Shown: positions 50,584 through 59,129 of the stretch, piece by piece
Position numbering within the stretch: the stretch's first letter is position 1
Layout: every line of letters starts with the position of its first letter
IMG/VR virus record: IMGVR_UViG_3300035703_000091
Span: 1-63,441 of that record
Length of the DNA stretch: 63,441 nucleotides
Reading direction: 5' to 3' (one strand)
Source of the DNA: a virus
Taxonomy: Duplodnaviria > Caudoviricetes
Notes under the pieces: generated by a model
What the model was told of the DNA's origin: nothing
The model's database searches: none
Seen by the model: the letters and a program-made list of their open reading frames with translations, nothing else
Made by a program: the position numbers and the translations under genes

Positions 50584-50784
50584 TTAGCCCAGATAAACCG
50601 GCTTCAGGCCGCGAGCCGCGCACCATTCGCGCACCTCTTGTTCCGTGCCCAGATAAGCCGCCTCGCGGGTCCAGTTCCAGCACGACTCATCGCGGACATA
50701 GACGCGGAAGTTACAGCCGGGACCGGAGCCGTTGCGGTCGGCGCAATAGCGGGCCTCGTCGGCGGGAATGGGGGTGCTGGTCAT
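50584..50784 (-). CDS. Hypothetical protein (monocistronic moron)
   Basis: GGAG RBS, own promoter and terminator. Confidence 0.7.
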   Translation of the reverse strand: MTSTPIPADEARYCADRNGSGPGCNFRVYVRDESCWNWTREAAYLGTEQEVREWCAARGLKPVYLG

Positions 50785-50811
50785 CTCGTTAACTCCATTT
50801 CTGATGCGCCC

Positions 50812-50890
50812 ATCATGCCTGAATAAAAACGCACGTCAAGCGGATTTATCCGTTGACATGGCGGATGACATGCGGTTTTATTCCGTCATC
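50812..50890. promoter_or_regulatory. Back-to-back divergent promoters
   Basis: Minus TTGACG-N16-CATGAT; plus GATTTATCCG-TTGACA...GGTTTTATTCC. Confidence 0.75.
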
Positions 50891-50895
50891 AACCG

Positions 50896-51444
50896 ATGGA
50901 GACCGCCATGACCAACCGCCCCGCCGATATGGAAGCCGCCCGCGAACTGGCCTTGTTCGCTGAAAACGACGGCGACCTGTACCGCTCGCGCATCCTGCCG
51001 ATCATCGCCAATCTGGCGAAGAAAAAGGCCGCCGGGACGTATGACGCCGCGCTCGCCCTCAAGCTGTGGGGCTATGCCGCCGACGACGCGGCGAAGCGGT
51101 ACGCCAAAGCGCACGGCGGGTCGTTCGACGTGCCGACCCGCAAGGCCGTCGCGCCCATGCTGGCCGAGTCCTACGCCGAACATCTGGCCGAAGAGGCGCA
51201 GACTCTCACCCTTCGCAAGCTGTGGACGGTATCGGCCATCAAGGCCGCTCACGAGGCCGCCGGGGGCGTGTTCTTCGATCGGTCGCACATGAGGGCGAAC
51301 GGCGAGACGCTTAAGTCCTTCTCGGTCGAGATCAGGCACGGCAACGTCTACCTGATGCGCGACCGCGACGGCGCGGCGTGGTTCTTCAACCCCGCCACGG
51401 GCCGGTTGGATAAGTCCAACCACGGCACGGCCCATCGCGGCTGA
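50896..51444 (+). CDS. Two-domain phage hypothetical protein (start probably 50908)
   Basis: ELALFAENDGDLY...GTYD domain followed by IKAAHEAAGGVFFDR domain. Confidence 0.75.
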   Translation: METAMTNRPADMEAARELALFAENDGDLYRSRILPIIANLAKKKAAGTYDAALALKLWGYAADDAAKRYAKAHGGSFDVPTRKAVAPMLAESYAEHLAEEAQTLTLRKLWTVSAIKAAHEAAGGVFFDRSHMRANGETLKSFSVEIRHGNVYLMRDRDGAAWFFNPATGRLDKSNHGTAHRG

Positions 51445-51479
51445 CCGCCATTCCCCGCCCTCGCCTTTGGAGCCTGACC

Positions 51480-51839
51480 ATGACACCCGCCGACGCCCTC
51501 GCCGCCATCATCGCAGAATGGGACTCGGGCCGCTCCGGCTGGCGCGATGACCTGTCCGCCCGTCTCGACGGCCTGTCGGAGGTGATCGAGAAGGCGCGCG
51601 GCGTGTCTGTGCCGCCCATCCTGACCGAACGCCAGAACAGCGGCGACGCCCCGATCCAAGGCCAAGCCGCCGCCATCGTCCACGACGGCGCCCGCTATCT
51701 GGCGCGCTTCCCGCTCGCCATCATGACCCGCTCCGAGGCATGGGACGCCGCGACCCGCTGGCGCGACGAGAACGCGCCCGGCGCCGTCGTCGGCTGGTTC
51801 ACGGGCCGCATGATGCCGATTTTCGAGAACGCACAATGA
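51480..51839 (+). CDS. Hypothetical protein
   Basis: GGAG RBS. Confidence 0.65.
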   Translation: MTPADALAAIIAEWDSGRSGWRDDLSARLDGLSEVIEKARGVSVPPILTERQNSGDAPIQGQAAAIVHDGARYLARFPLAIMTRSEAWDAATRWRDENAPGAVVGWFTGRMMPIFENAQ

Positions 51840-52027
51840 CCGCCCCGCTCTACTCCCTGACCGTCAAGCGAGAACTGGCGACGCGATACAGCGTCAACGA
51901 GACGACGCGGGCTCTTTCAGCCGCGCGCGACGCCTTCCCCGGCCACACCCTAAGCGTTGAAGCGGACGGCCAAGGCCGGTTTCTCATCGCATCGGAGGGG
52001 CGCGTTGCGCGCTGGCTTCGCCAATGA
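51836..52027 (+). CDS. Hypothetical protein
   Basis: ATGA coupling. Confidence 0.55.
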   Translation: MTAPLYSLTVKRELATRYSVNETTRALSAARDAFPGHTLSVEADGQGRFLIASEGRVARWLRQ

Positions 52028-52140
52028 CCGCCCGCCTGTGGCGCGACGCCGCCGTGACCGCCCTTTTCGCCGCCCTGTTCTGCGCCGGCCTCGCCCTGAT
52101 GCCTGAGCGCCCGCCCGTGACCTGTGAGGCCAACCGATGA
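52024..52140 (+). CDS. Small membrane protein (38 aa)
   Basis: ATGA coupling at both ends; hydrophobic segment. Confidence 0.5.
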   Translation: MTARLWRDAAVTALFAALFCAGLALMPERPPVTCEANR

Positions 52141-52310
52141 ACCGAACCGAAGCCCGCGCGCTCGCTGAACGCGCCCTGACCCTTCCCCGCATCGTCGCGG
52201 CCACTCCGCGCAAGTCGGGTGGCTCCTACTCGGTCCACATCACGGCCGAGCACGGGGCGACCGTCTGGCACAAGGCCGACGACGACTCCCGCTGGAATCC
52301 GCCCGCATGA
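52137..52310 (+). CDS. Hypothetical protein (57 aa)
   Basis: ATGA coupling at both ends. Confidence 0.55.
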   Translation: MNRTEARALAERALTLPRIVAATPRKSGGSYSVHITAEHGATVWHKADDDSRWNPPA

Positions 52311-52618
52311 CCCGCCGCGCCCTTCTCGCCGCCGCGTCCGCCCTGGCGCTCGCTTCCTGCGAACCGGCGCCCGACGTGCAGCTTGTGGCCTACGCCTGCC
52401 ACGACGCGAGCGGGCCCGTCTACCTGTCGGAGCGGGCCGAGGCTCCCGACTGTCCCGAGGTCGGCCCGCGCGGTGATCCCCGCCCCGACTATGAGCGGTG
52501 CTTAGATCGGGCCATCCGCGCCGACTGGCGCGGCGACTATGCCGAGGCGTCCGCCTGGTATGGGGCCGCCGACGCGGCGAAGGCGGGGCAACCGTGCCCG
52601 TCGTGGGTGCGGTTCTGA
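52307..52618 (+). CDS. Lipoprotein
   Basis: Lipobox LASC; ACHDASGPVY...C. Confidence 0.7.
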   Translation: MTRRALLAAASALALASCEPAPDVQLVAYACHDASGPVYLSERAEAPDCPEVGPRGDPRPDYERCLDRAIRADWRGDYAEASAWYGAADAAKAGQPCPSWVRF

Positions 52619-52619
52619 G

Positions 52620-52860
52620 GGGCGGCGGTAAAGGGGGGTTTCGGGGTAAACGGGGTTTAGCCTATAGAGACTCCTGCTAACACGGGAATAAAACCAAATA
52701 TAAAAAGGCTCCCCCCTCTAAACCCTCTATACTAAATCTAACCTACCTATATATATGATATATAAGGATTATTTCTAGGTAGGTTTCCATTGTGTTTAAG
52801 GGGGTAACACATTTTGGCCACAAACCACCGCAGACAGGCTGTCACAAAAGTTTCACACAC
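52620..52860. other. Putative replication origin
   Basis: Most AT-rich tract; GGGGT(T/A) repeats; AACCTACCTA/TAGGTAGGTT inverted repeat (52740-52749, 52776-52785) around a TATATAT core. Confidence 0.6.
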
Positions 52861-52912
52861 AGCCGCCCGAATATGTGGTTTTATTCCTTCATCGCTTTAG
52901 GAGATTTCAGCC

Positions 52913-53293
52913 ATGACCACCGCCGCCCCCGAGATGACCGACTTCGAGCGCGATACCCTGTCCAATCTGGCCAGGGTCTACGGTATCGCCGCAATCCTCG
53001 AAGCTGCCACCCCCACCCCCACCGCCGACGACTTCGCCCGCGCCGTAAACCGCTGGGTCGGAGCCTCCGGCCGATCCAGCATCGACGCCGCCCGCGAGGC
53101 GCTGGACGCGATCACCCCCGCCGGGTTGCATCTGCGCCCCTCCGCCTCCGGCCACGCCGTGAACGTGCATCTGGCCGGTGAGAGCGAGTCCGTCGCCCTG
53201 TTCTACCTGAACGAACATCGCTCCCGCGTCCGCTCGCCGCGTCTGGTGAAGCTGGCCTGGGCCGCGATCTTGGCCATGGGAGAGGCGAAATGA
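52913..53293 (+). CDS. Hypothetical protein
   Basis: AGGAG RBS after GGTTTTATTCC box at 52877. Confidence 0.7.
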   Translation: MTTAAPEMTDFERDTLSNLARVYGIAAILEAATPTPTADDFARAVNRWVGASGRSSIDAAREALDAITPAGLHLRPSASGHAVNVHLAGESESVALFYLNEHRSRVRSPRLVKLAWAAILAMGEAK

Positions 53294-53682
53294 GCGCCGC
53301 CTTCACCCTCGACACGTCGGGCTCGATATGGAGCGCGCCGGAGGGCATCGCCCGACGCCTCATGACGTGGCGCGACCTCTCGCCCTTCGCGCAAGGCTAT
53401 GTGGAGGCGATGTTTACGGCGTCCTATGGCGACATTCGCGCCGACATAGCCGGAGCCCAGGGCTGGGATGGCGACCGCGAACCCGCCTTCGCCGACCTCG
53501 CCCCGGAAACCCTCGCGCGGATCATCGCGGACTGTGAGGCTTTCGTGGCGGAGCCGACCGTCATCGTGGACGCCAGATACGGACGCAACTTCTGGCGCGT
53601 CCGCCAGCGCGGCGACCTACCCAAGTTCCCGCCCCTGACCGTCCAGCTTGGCGACGACGGCAAGGTGAGATTTGCCGACTGA
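53290..53682 (+). CDS. Phage hypothetical protein
   Basis: ATGA coupling; FAQGYVEAM...LAPETLARIIADCEAF..GRNFW..R. Confidence 0.7.
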   Translation: MSAAFTLDTSGSIWSAPEGIARRLMTWRDLSPFAQGYVEAMFTASYGDIRADIAGAQGWDGDREPAFADLAPETLARIIADCEAFVAEPTVIVDARYGRNFWRVRQRGDLPKFPPLTVQLGDDGKVRFAD

Positions 53683-53728
53683 TTTATCCGTTGACACCCT
53701 CCCCGATGCGTGGTTTTATTCCCGCATC
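53681..53728 (+). promoter_or_regulatory. Repeated cassette promoter
   Basis: GATTTATCCG-TTGACA...GGTTTTATTCC with the same 21-nt offset. Confidence 0.75.
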
Positions 53729-53743
53729 GAATAGGAGACACCG

Positions 53744-54190
53744 ATGACCACCGTCAGCTTCACCACGAAAAAGAGCCGTCACGCCGCCGCCGAAGAAATG
53801 GCCGCTACGCTCCGCTCCATCGCGCCCACCGCCGAAGTCACGATCGAACCGGAGGGCGACGTGTACGGCAAGCGCCGCGTCACCGTCCGCGCCAAGGTTC
53901 ACGGCGTCGAATCCAAGTGCGACCTGGACGGCGAGAGCATGGCTTGCGGCCTGGTGTCCTGGTACATCTACGGCCGCGAACCCGCCCGCTTCACCGACGC
54001 CTTCGCCTTCATGATCGGCGGCTCGATCAACACCTGCCACCGACAGAAAGCGACGGGCCCCTTCGCGCGCGGCAACCAGACGAAGCGTGGCCAGTACGAC
54101 CGCGCCGCGTGGCTCGAGATGACGTCGATTTGGGCCGCCGCGCTCGCCGACGTGGCGCTGGGGAATGAAGGCCGGGCGGTGACGCTGTGA
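53744..54190 (+). CDS. Hypothetical protein
   Basis: AGGAG RBS. Confidence 0.7.
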   Translation: MTTVSFTTKKSRHAAAEEMAATLRSIAPTAEVTIEPEGDVYGKRRVTVRAKVHGVESKCDLDGESMACGLVSWYIYGREPARFTDAFAFMIGGSINTCHRQKATGPFARGNQTKRGQYDRAAWLEMTSIWAAALADVALGNEGRAVTL

Positions 54191-54489
54191 CCCACACCTA
54201 CACCACCAAGCGCGAGAAGAACGGCGCGGCGCTGCAACTCTGCAAGATCGGCGGCTCCCGCTACCTGCGGATCGTTCGCGCCAGCGACGGCAAGATCGCC
54301 GCCCGTTGGGACGGCGCCCCGTTCTCGGGCAAGCTGGCCGACGCCTACGCGGCCTTCGATGCGGTCATGGACCGGCCCATGCCGGAGGGCGACGACTTCA
54401 CGGCCGACGACATGGCCTTCGGCGAGCGCCTGGGCCAGATGCTCAAGCGCACGAGCCCGACCTCGTATGAGGTTCGCCCCGCCGCCTGA
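54187..54489 (+). CDS. Hypothetical protein
   Basis: GTGA coupling. Confidence 0.65.
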   Translation: MTHTYTTKREKNGAALQLCKIGGSRYLRIVRASDGKIAARWDGAPFSGKLADAYAAFDAVMDRPMPEGDDFTADDMAFGERLGQMLKRTSPTSYEVRPAA

Positions 54490-54530
54490 TTTATCGGTTG
54501 ACTTCGTTCCTAAGTTACGTTTTCATTCCT
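54488..54530 (+). promoter_or_regulatory. Repeated cassette promoter (variant)
   Basis: GATTTATCGG-TTGACT...GTTTTCATTCC with the same offset. Confidence 0.65.
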
Positions 54531-54554
54531 AGATCAACAGCAAAGAGATTTCAG

Positions 54555-55715
54555 ATGACCAGCAAGGTTTATGCCTCCGGCGAGACGCCGATGGTGGGCG
54601 ACGTGGTGCGGCGTGACGAAGCCCCCTGGTTCGGCGTCGCGGTCGGCGACGTCGCGGCCGTGCGCGAGGTGCGTGACCTCGGCCAAGGGATCAAGCTGGA
54701 TCGCGGCGACGACGCCGCAACCCACTCGACCTGCACCTTCACCCTGATCGCCCGCGCCGGCGAGCCGGTGGAGTATCGGCCGGGCGACGTGGTGGAGGGG
54801 GTCGAAGAACCCATCATCACCGCCGTTCGCCCCGGCCGGAGGTACGTCATCAAGGCGCCGGAAAATGGTGGCAAGGCGCCCACCATCGACCTCGACGGCG
54901 ACCGCCGCTTCATCGGCAAACCGGCCGAGAACGTTCGCGCATCCGTCCGCCTGGTCCACCGCCCCGACGCCCCGGTCATCGCCACCCCCGACGCCCCGCC
55001 CATCGGCGTCCCCCTGACTGAAGGGACCGCGAAGCTGCTGCGGGCGGGCGATCTGGTGCGGGCGGAGTGGGACGACACGAGCCGCTGCGGGGGCTGGGCC
55101 GCCGGAGACGTCCTCACCATCACGGAAGGCGGAAGCAGCCTAGTCCGTTTCGTCGACAAGGATGGCGACCTCCGAGAGCGTCGTGCAGAAGGCTACACCT
55201 TCATCGGTCGCCCCGACGCCGAGGGCTGGGTGGCGTTCACCACCTGGCCCGAAGGGCTGGACGTCTCGAAGTTCGAGTTCAAATCGAAGAACGGCAATGT
55301 GTTCGGCGGCATCCCCAATCTCACACAGACCGACAACGCCAAGCGTCACGAGTCCGTAGCGATCACCGCCTTCCGCCTGCTGCCGGCCGACGAAGCACCG
55401 AAGATCAGCGCCATCGCCGACGTCGCCCGCGATCTGCGGCCAGGCGCCCGCGTTCGGGTCACTGTCGAGGGCCGCGTGAACCCACGCGGCGACGTCGTGA
55501 CCGACGCCGGCCCCTGGCTGCACCACCAGGCCGTGCCGCACGCCACCGCGATCGAGGTCATCGCCGACGCCCCGCTGGCCGTGGGCGACCGGGTCGTCGG
55601 CCCCTTCAGCGATGACGTCGGCGTGATCCGCCACATCGCGCACGAGTGCGCCGCGGTCGAGTTCGACGACGACTTCCGCATGATTGTGCTCAAGCGCCTG
55701 GGGCGGGCGGGGTGA
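54555..55715 (+). CDS. Multi-repeat small beta-barrel (SH3/KOW-like) protein
   Basis: Repeated VGDVV, PGDVV, AGDLV, PGARV, VGDRV units. Confidence 0.7.
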   Translation: MTSKVYASGETPMVGDVVRRDEAPWFGVAVGDVAAVREVRDLGQGIKLDRGDDAATHSTCTFTLIARAGEPVEYRPGDVVEGVEEPIITAVRPGRRYVIKAPENGGKAPTIDLDGDRRFIGKPAENVRASVRLVHRPDAPVIATPDAPPIGVPLTEGTAKLLRAGDLVRAEWDDTSRCGGWAAGDVLTITEGGSSLVRFVDKDGDLRERRAEGYTFIGRPDAEGWVAFTTWPEGLDVSKFEFKSKNGNVFGGIPNLTQTDNAKRHESVAITAFRLLPADEAPKISAIADVARDLRPGARVRVTVEGRVNPRGDVVTDAGPWLHHQAVPHATAIEVIADAPLAVGDRVVGPFSDDVGVIRHIAHECAAVEFDDDFRMIVLKRLGRAG

Positions 55716-55751
55716 ACGCCCGCCAAGCCCTCCAACCCAAGGAGCCCTCCA

Positions 55752-55985
55752 ATGCAGGGGAATGATGAAGCGGTGCTGAAGCCGTGCCCGTTCTGTCAGG
55801 GCCGCGCAGAAGTGGCGGGACAGAAATGGTCCGGAAGGTGGTTTTACGGTGTCCAGTGCGCCGAGGACTGTGGCGTCTGGATGGACGCGCGAGAGGCAAC
55901 GCCTGAAGGGGCGATCGCCGCATGGAACACCCGCGCTCCTGAGCCCCCCGCCCTTCAATCCGTCAGGTCAGGGGAGGGGTCGTGA
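55752..55985 (+). CDS. Lar-like restriction alleviation protein
   Basis: LKPCPFC...CAEDC...AIAAWNTR. Confidence 0.8.
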   Translation: MQGNDEAVLKPCPFCQGRAEVAGQKWSGRWFYGVQCAEDCGVWMDAREATPEGAIAAWNTRAPEPPALQSVRSGEGS

Positions 55986-56212
55986 TGGGCCTCTACTGCG
56001 AAGTCATGTGCGATCTGCGGATTTCGGGAACCGACCCGCGCCAGCCCCTCAACCCGCTGTGCTGGTCTGACGCCAACAACAACCCGCAGGGTCCGAACCC
56101 TGCCGCCGCCCGGTCTGCGGCGCGCGATGAGGGCTGGACCCTCGGTCGCGGCCGAAAGGCGATCTGCCCAGGCTGCGCTGCTCACACGAAAGCCCAACCC
56201 CATGACCACTGA
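55982..56212 (+). CDS. Hypothetical Zn-binding protein
   Basis: CD...ARDEGW...ICPGC. Confidence 0.65.
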   Translation: MMGLYCEVMCDLRISGTDPRQPLNPLCWSDANNNPQGPNPAAARSAARDEGWTLGRGRKAICPGCAAHTKAQPHDH

Positions 56213-56462
56213 TACGACCACCCCCTCTGCGGTGTTCCAGCTTCTCCCCGGCGAACAAGTCCTGTGGATCGTCGGGATGCCCGGTCCTGACGTCGATAAA
56301 TGCGAGGTCGTCAGCCAAGACGGCGACGCCGTGACGATCCGGTTTCAGGTCTGGGGACAAGGCCCGTTTCACGAAAAGGTCGTGTCGTTGGAGCGCGACA
56401 TAACGTGGCGCAAAGACTCGGACACCGAGTGCCGCCACCGCCAATGGAAGGCTATCCAATGA
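56202..56462 (+). CDS. Hypothetical protein
   Basis: Operon-contiguous. Confidence 0.55.
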   Translation: MTTDTTTPSAVFQLLPGEQVLWIVGMPGPDVDKCEVVSQDGDAVTIRFQVWGQGPFHEKVVSLERDITWRKDSDTECRHRQWKAIQ

Positions 56463-57490
56463 CCACCCCAACCTCCTCCGTGCTGCGGCATGGGCCTGTG
56501 ACGGACCTTCTGCGTCGGTTCCGCGATTTGATGGTCGCCCAACCCGAAGGCGTCATGTCTCACCATCACCCCATCTGGGTTGAGGTCGCGGAAGCCCTCG
56601 CCCAGCCCGCCGCCCAGCAGTCGGAGGCGGAATACGTCACCTACCACGGTGGCGATCCGAAAGTCCGGTTCCGCGACTTCAAGGGCAACGAACCGAAGTG
56701 GGCACAGGACATTCAGCCAGCCCACCAGCCGGAACCCCCCGTTTGTGATCCCTCCCCCTTGCCTGTGGATGGGCTGATCGAGCGGCTGCGGGAAATCGTC
56801 AGCGACGATGAGGTCGCCCGCGTCCACGGCAACGCCAACTTCGGCACAATGTCGCCGCGCGAGGTCGTGAACGATGGGGTCCGCAAGTATGCGGTCGGCT
56901 ACCAAGGCGGCCACACGCAACTCTGCATCCTCATGGAACACGGCCTCATCACGAAGCCGCGCCCCGGCCGCTACGACGCCAGCCTGACGAAGAAGGGTCG
57001 ACGCTACTTCCGCGAACTTCAGCAGTCCGCCGCCGATGCCCTGGAAGCCGCGAAGGCCGAGATTGAGGGGCTGCGGGCGCTGTCAGACCCGAAGCATTGG
57101 CGCGACCGTGACGACCAGTGGTCCGATGCTGTGCGCGCCGTTCACCCGACGAGATCAGACGACCCGAAGCGCCACGAGCGGTTCATGACCGCGCTCGAAA
57201 TGGTCGGCAACCGCCACGGCAAATACGAACTGGTCGGCCTCGTTCAATGGCTGCTGACGCGGGCAGAACGCGCCGAAGCCGAGGCCGCTGATCTGCGGAA
57301 GACGTTGGAGGCCGAACGCGCCTGGCACGACTTGCAGGCCGAGGGGTTGTTTGAAACGGCCCGCGAAGCCGCCGCGCGCAAGGAACCCGACGAGAGCACA
57401 CTCTGCGCCCGATCTGTCGCGCACTCCGCACGGGCGCAATCCATCCGCCAAGCCCTCGCCGCCCATGCAAAGCAGGAGCCGGGAGCATGA
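56459..57490 (+). CDS. Mosaic multi-domain hypothetical protein
   Basis: ATGA coupling; segments joined by AQPAAQ / AADALE..AEIE linkers. Confidence 0.7.
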   Translation: MTTPTSSVLRHGPVTDLLRRFRDLMVAQPEGVMSHHHPIWVEVAEALAQPAAQQSEAEYVTYHGGDPKVRFRDFKGNEPKWAQDIQPAHQPEPPVCDPSPLPVDGLIERLREIVSDDEVARVHGNANFGTMSPREVVNDGVRKYAVGYQGGHTQLCILMEHGLITKPRPGRYDASLTKKGRRYFRELQQSAADALEAAKAEIEGLRALSDPKHWRDRDDQWSDAVRAVHPTRSDDPKRHERFMTALEMVGNRHGKYELVGLVQWLLTRAERAEAEAADLRKTLEAERAWHDLQAEGLFETAREAAARKEPDESTLCARSVAHSARAQSIRQALAAHAKQEPGA

Positions 57491-57746
57491 GCGTCGATGA
57501 CCGGCGATGCGGTAATTGCGAGCACTTCAGGCAACGAGAAACCGTCGTTAACGCCATGCGGCTCTTCGGGAAAGAGAAGGTCGAAATCCGAACCTACTGC
57601 ATGTGGACGCCTCCGATCCCCTACTGGGCGGCATCGCATCACATCCCGGAGGGGATGACCGAGACGCGGGCGCGAGCGAAGTCGGAAGACGACGGGCGCT
57701 TTTGTGCGGCGTTCTTGCAAAAGACGGAGCCGGGAGCATGAGCGTC
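57475..57746 (+). repeat. 21-bp direct repeats flanking one gene
   Basis: GGAGCCGGGAGCATGAGCGTC at 57475-57495 and 57726-57746. Confidence 0.9.
57487..57741 (+). CDS. Hypothetical Cys-containing protein
   Basis: CGNCEHF...C..PP...C. Confidence 0.65.
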   Translation: MSVDDRRCGNCEHFRQRETVVNAMRLFGKEKVEIRTYCMWTPPIPYWAASHHIPEGMTETRARAKSEDDGRFCAAFLQKTEPGA

Positions 57747-57748
57747 CT

Positions 57749-58090
57749 ATGACCCTCTGGCTCGAGGAAACCGACCCGCGGCGCCTCCCGGAAACTGAGG
57801 CGACCGCGCTCTACATCGAGCACCGCCCCGGCCCCTACCCCCAGGCGCTTCTCGACCACTGGCAGGTCCGCCGCGACTCCGCCCTGCGCCGCAACACCCT
57901 GACCACCATCGCCGGCCGTCTGCGCGACGTCATCGTCGATCCGACCGCCGGCAACTGGCGCGACTTCCGCGACCTGGGCGAGGCGATTTTCACGCGCACG
58001 GCCACGGGCTACGCCCGCACCGCCTTCGGCGATGAACTCGCCGCCCTGATCCAGAGCGACCGAAAGCGCCTCGCGGATAAGTCCGCCTAA
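57749..58090 (+). CDS. Hypothetical protein
   Basis: Phage-like codon usage. Confidence 0.6.
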   Translation: MTLWLEETDPRRLPETEATALYIEHRPGPYPQALLDHWQVRRDSALRRNTLTTIAGRLRDVIVDPTAGNWRDFRDLGEAIFTRTATGYARTAFGDELAALIQSDRKRLADKSA

Positions 58091-58133
58091 GTCCACCGTA
58101 AGTCTGGGATTTAGCAGAGGAGCATTCCCCACC

Positions 58134-58301
58134 ATGAGCACCACCTTCCAGGTTGGCCAGCGCGTCACCTTCACCACGCCGGGCCGCTATCCGACCCAGC
58201 AGACCGGCGCGATCCAGGCGATCGATTCCAGGTTCGCCGACGTGAAATGCGACGACGGCAAGGTCCGCCGCGCCCGGCCGGCGACGCTGCACGCCGCCTG
58301 A
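58134..58301 (+). CDS. Small SH3-like hypothetical protein (55 aa)
   Basis: GAGGAG RBS; FQVGQRV...VKCDDG. Confidence 0.65.
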   Translation: MSTTFQVGQRVTFTTPGRYPTQQTGAIQAIDSRFADVKCDDGKVRRARPATLHAA

Positions 58302-58321
58302 CGGAAAAGTCCGCCATACGC

Positions 58322-58360
58322 GATTTTATTCCTTGACGTAGGAATGAGGTCGCGTATGGT
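58322..58360 (+). promoter_or_regulatory. Promoter with ATTCC dyad around -35
   Basis: TTATTCCT-TGACGT-AGGAATGA; TTGACG-N16-TATGGT. Confidence 0.75.
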
Positions 58361-58388
58361 GGCTCCATTGCAGAGGAGAGAGATTGCA

Positions 58389-58646
58389 ATGAGAACCAAC
58401 GTAGTCGCCCTGACGTCGAACACGATCCACACCCGCGCCAGCGTCGCCGCGGCCATTCAGGAGGCCCGCGCCGGCGGCCGCGCCCTGGCGGCCGATCTCG
58501 AAGCCCGTGCCCGCGAACTCGCCATGGAAGCCCGCATGATCGCGGCGCTGGGCGAGGCCGTGCCGGTCGGCATCGCCGAGACCGCGCGCCAGATGGCCGA
58601 GCAGGTCGAAGGGCACGCGAACCGGATTCGCTGCATTCTTTCCTGA
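58389..58646 (+). CDS. Hypothetical helical protein
   Basis: GAGGAG RBS. Confidence 0.65.
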   Translation: MRTNVVALTSNTIHTRASVAAAIQEARAGGRALAADLEARARELAMEARMIAALGEAVPVGIAETARQMAEQVEGHANRIRCILS

Positions 58647-58719
58647 GCCCCCTGCTGGTCGGCCATCCGTGAGGTGGCCGCCCTACCGGACGCTCAGGTC
58701 CGAATAGGAGAGAAAAACC

Positions 58720-58908
58720 ATGGGCCAGCCCCAGCAGCCGGTCGCGTTCCCACCCGGCGAGAACACATTCACCTACGTCACGCCCGAAGTCGCCGCGCGC
58801 TTCCCCGGCCCGACGCCGCCGCCGAACGGCTACGTCCCGAGCGCCGGCGGGTTGGACCGCGTGTCGGACCACGTCAACACCCGCTTTCCCGAGAAGAAGA
58901 CGTCCTAA
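58720..58908 (+). CDS. Hypothetical Pro-rich protein
   Basis: AGGAG RBS. Confidence 0.6.
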   Translation: MGQPQQPVAFPPGENTFTYVTPEVAARFPGPTPPPNGYVPSAGGLDRVSDHVNTRFPEKKTS

Positions 58909-59129
58909 TGCAGGCCCGCCTTAACCTTCTTCGGGTGACCGCCACCATCGTCGTTCTGGCCACCTTAGCCAGCCTCGGCACAGTCTGGTGGGGTGTCGTC
59001 GTGATCGGACAATACTGGCTGACGGCGCCGGTCCTGAACAACATCTTCGTCATCATCCTGGGGCCACTCTGGGCGCTCTACTGCGCCTATGAGGCGACCC
59101 GCTTCATCTGGAAGAAATCACCCAAATGA
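58908..59129 (+). CDS. Two-TM membrane protein
   Basis: TAATG coupling; two hydrophobic segments. Confidence 0.65.
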   Translation: MQARLNLLRVTATIVVLATLASLGTVWWGVVVIGQYWLTAPVLNNIFVIILGPLWALYCAYEATRFIWKKSPK

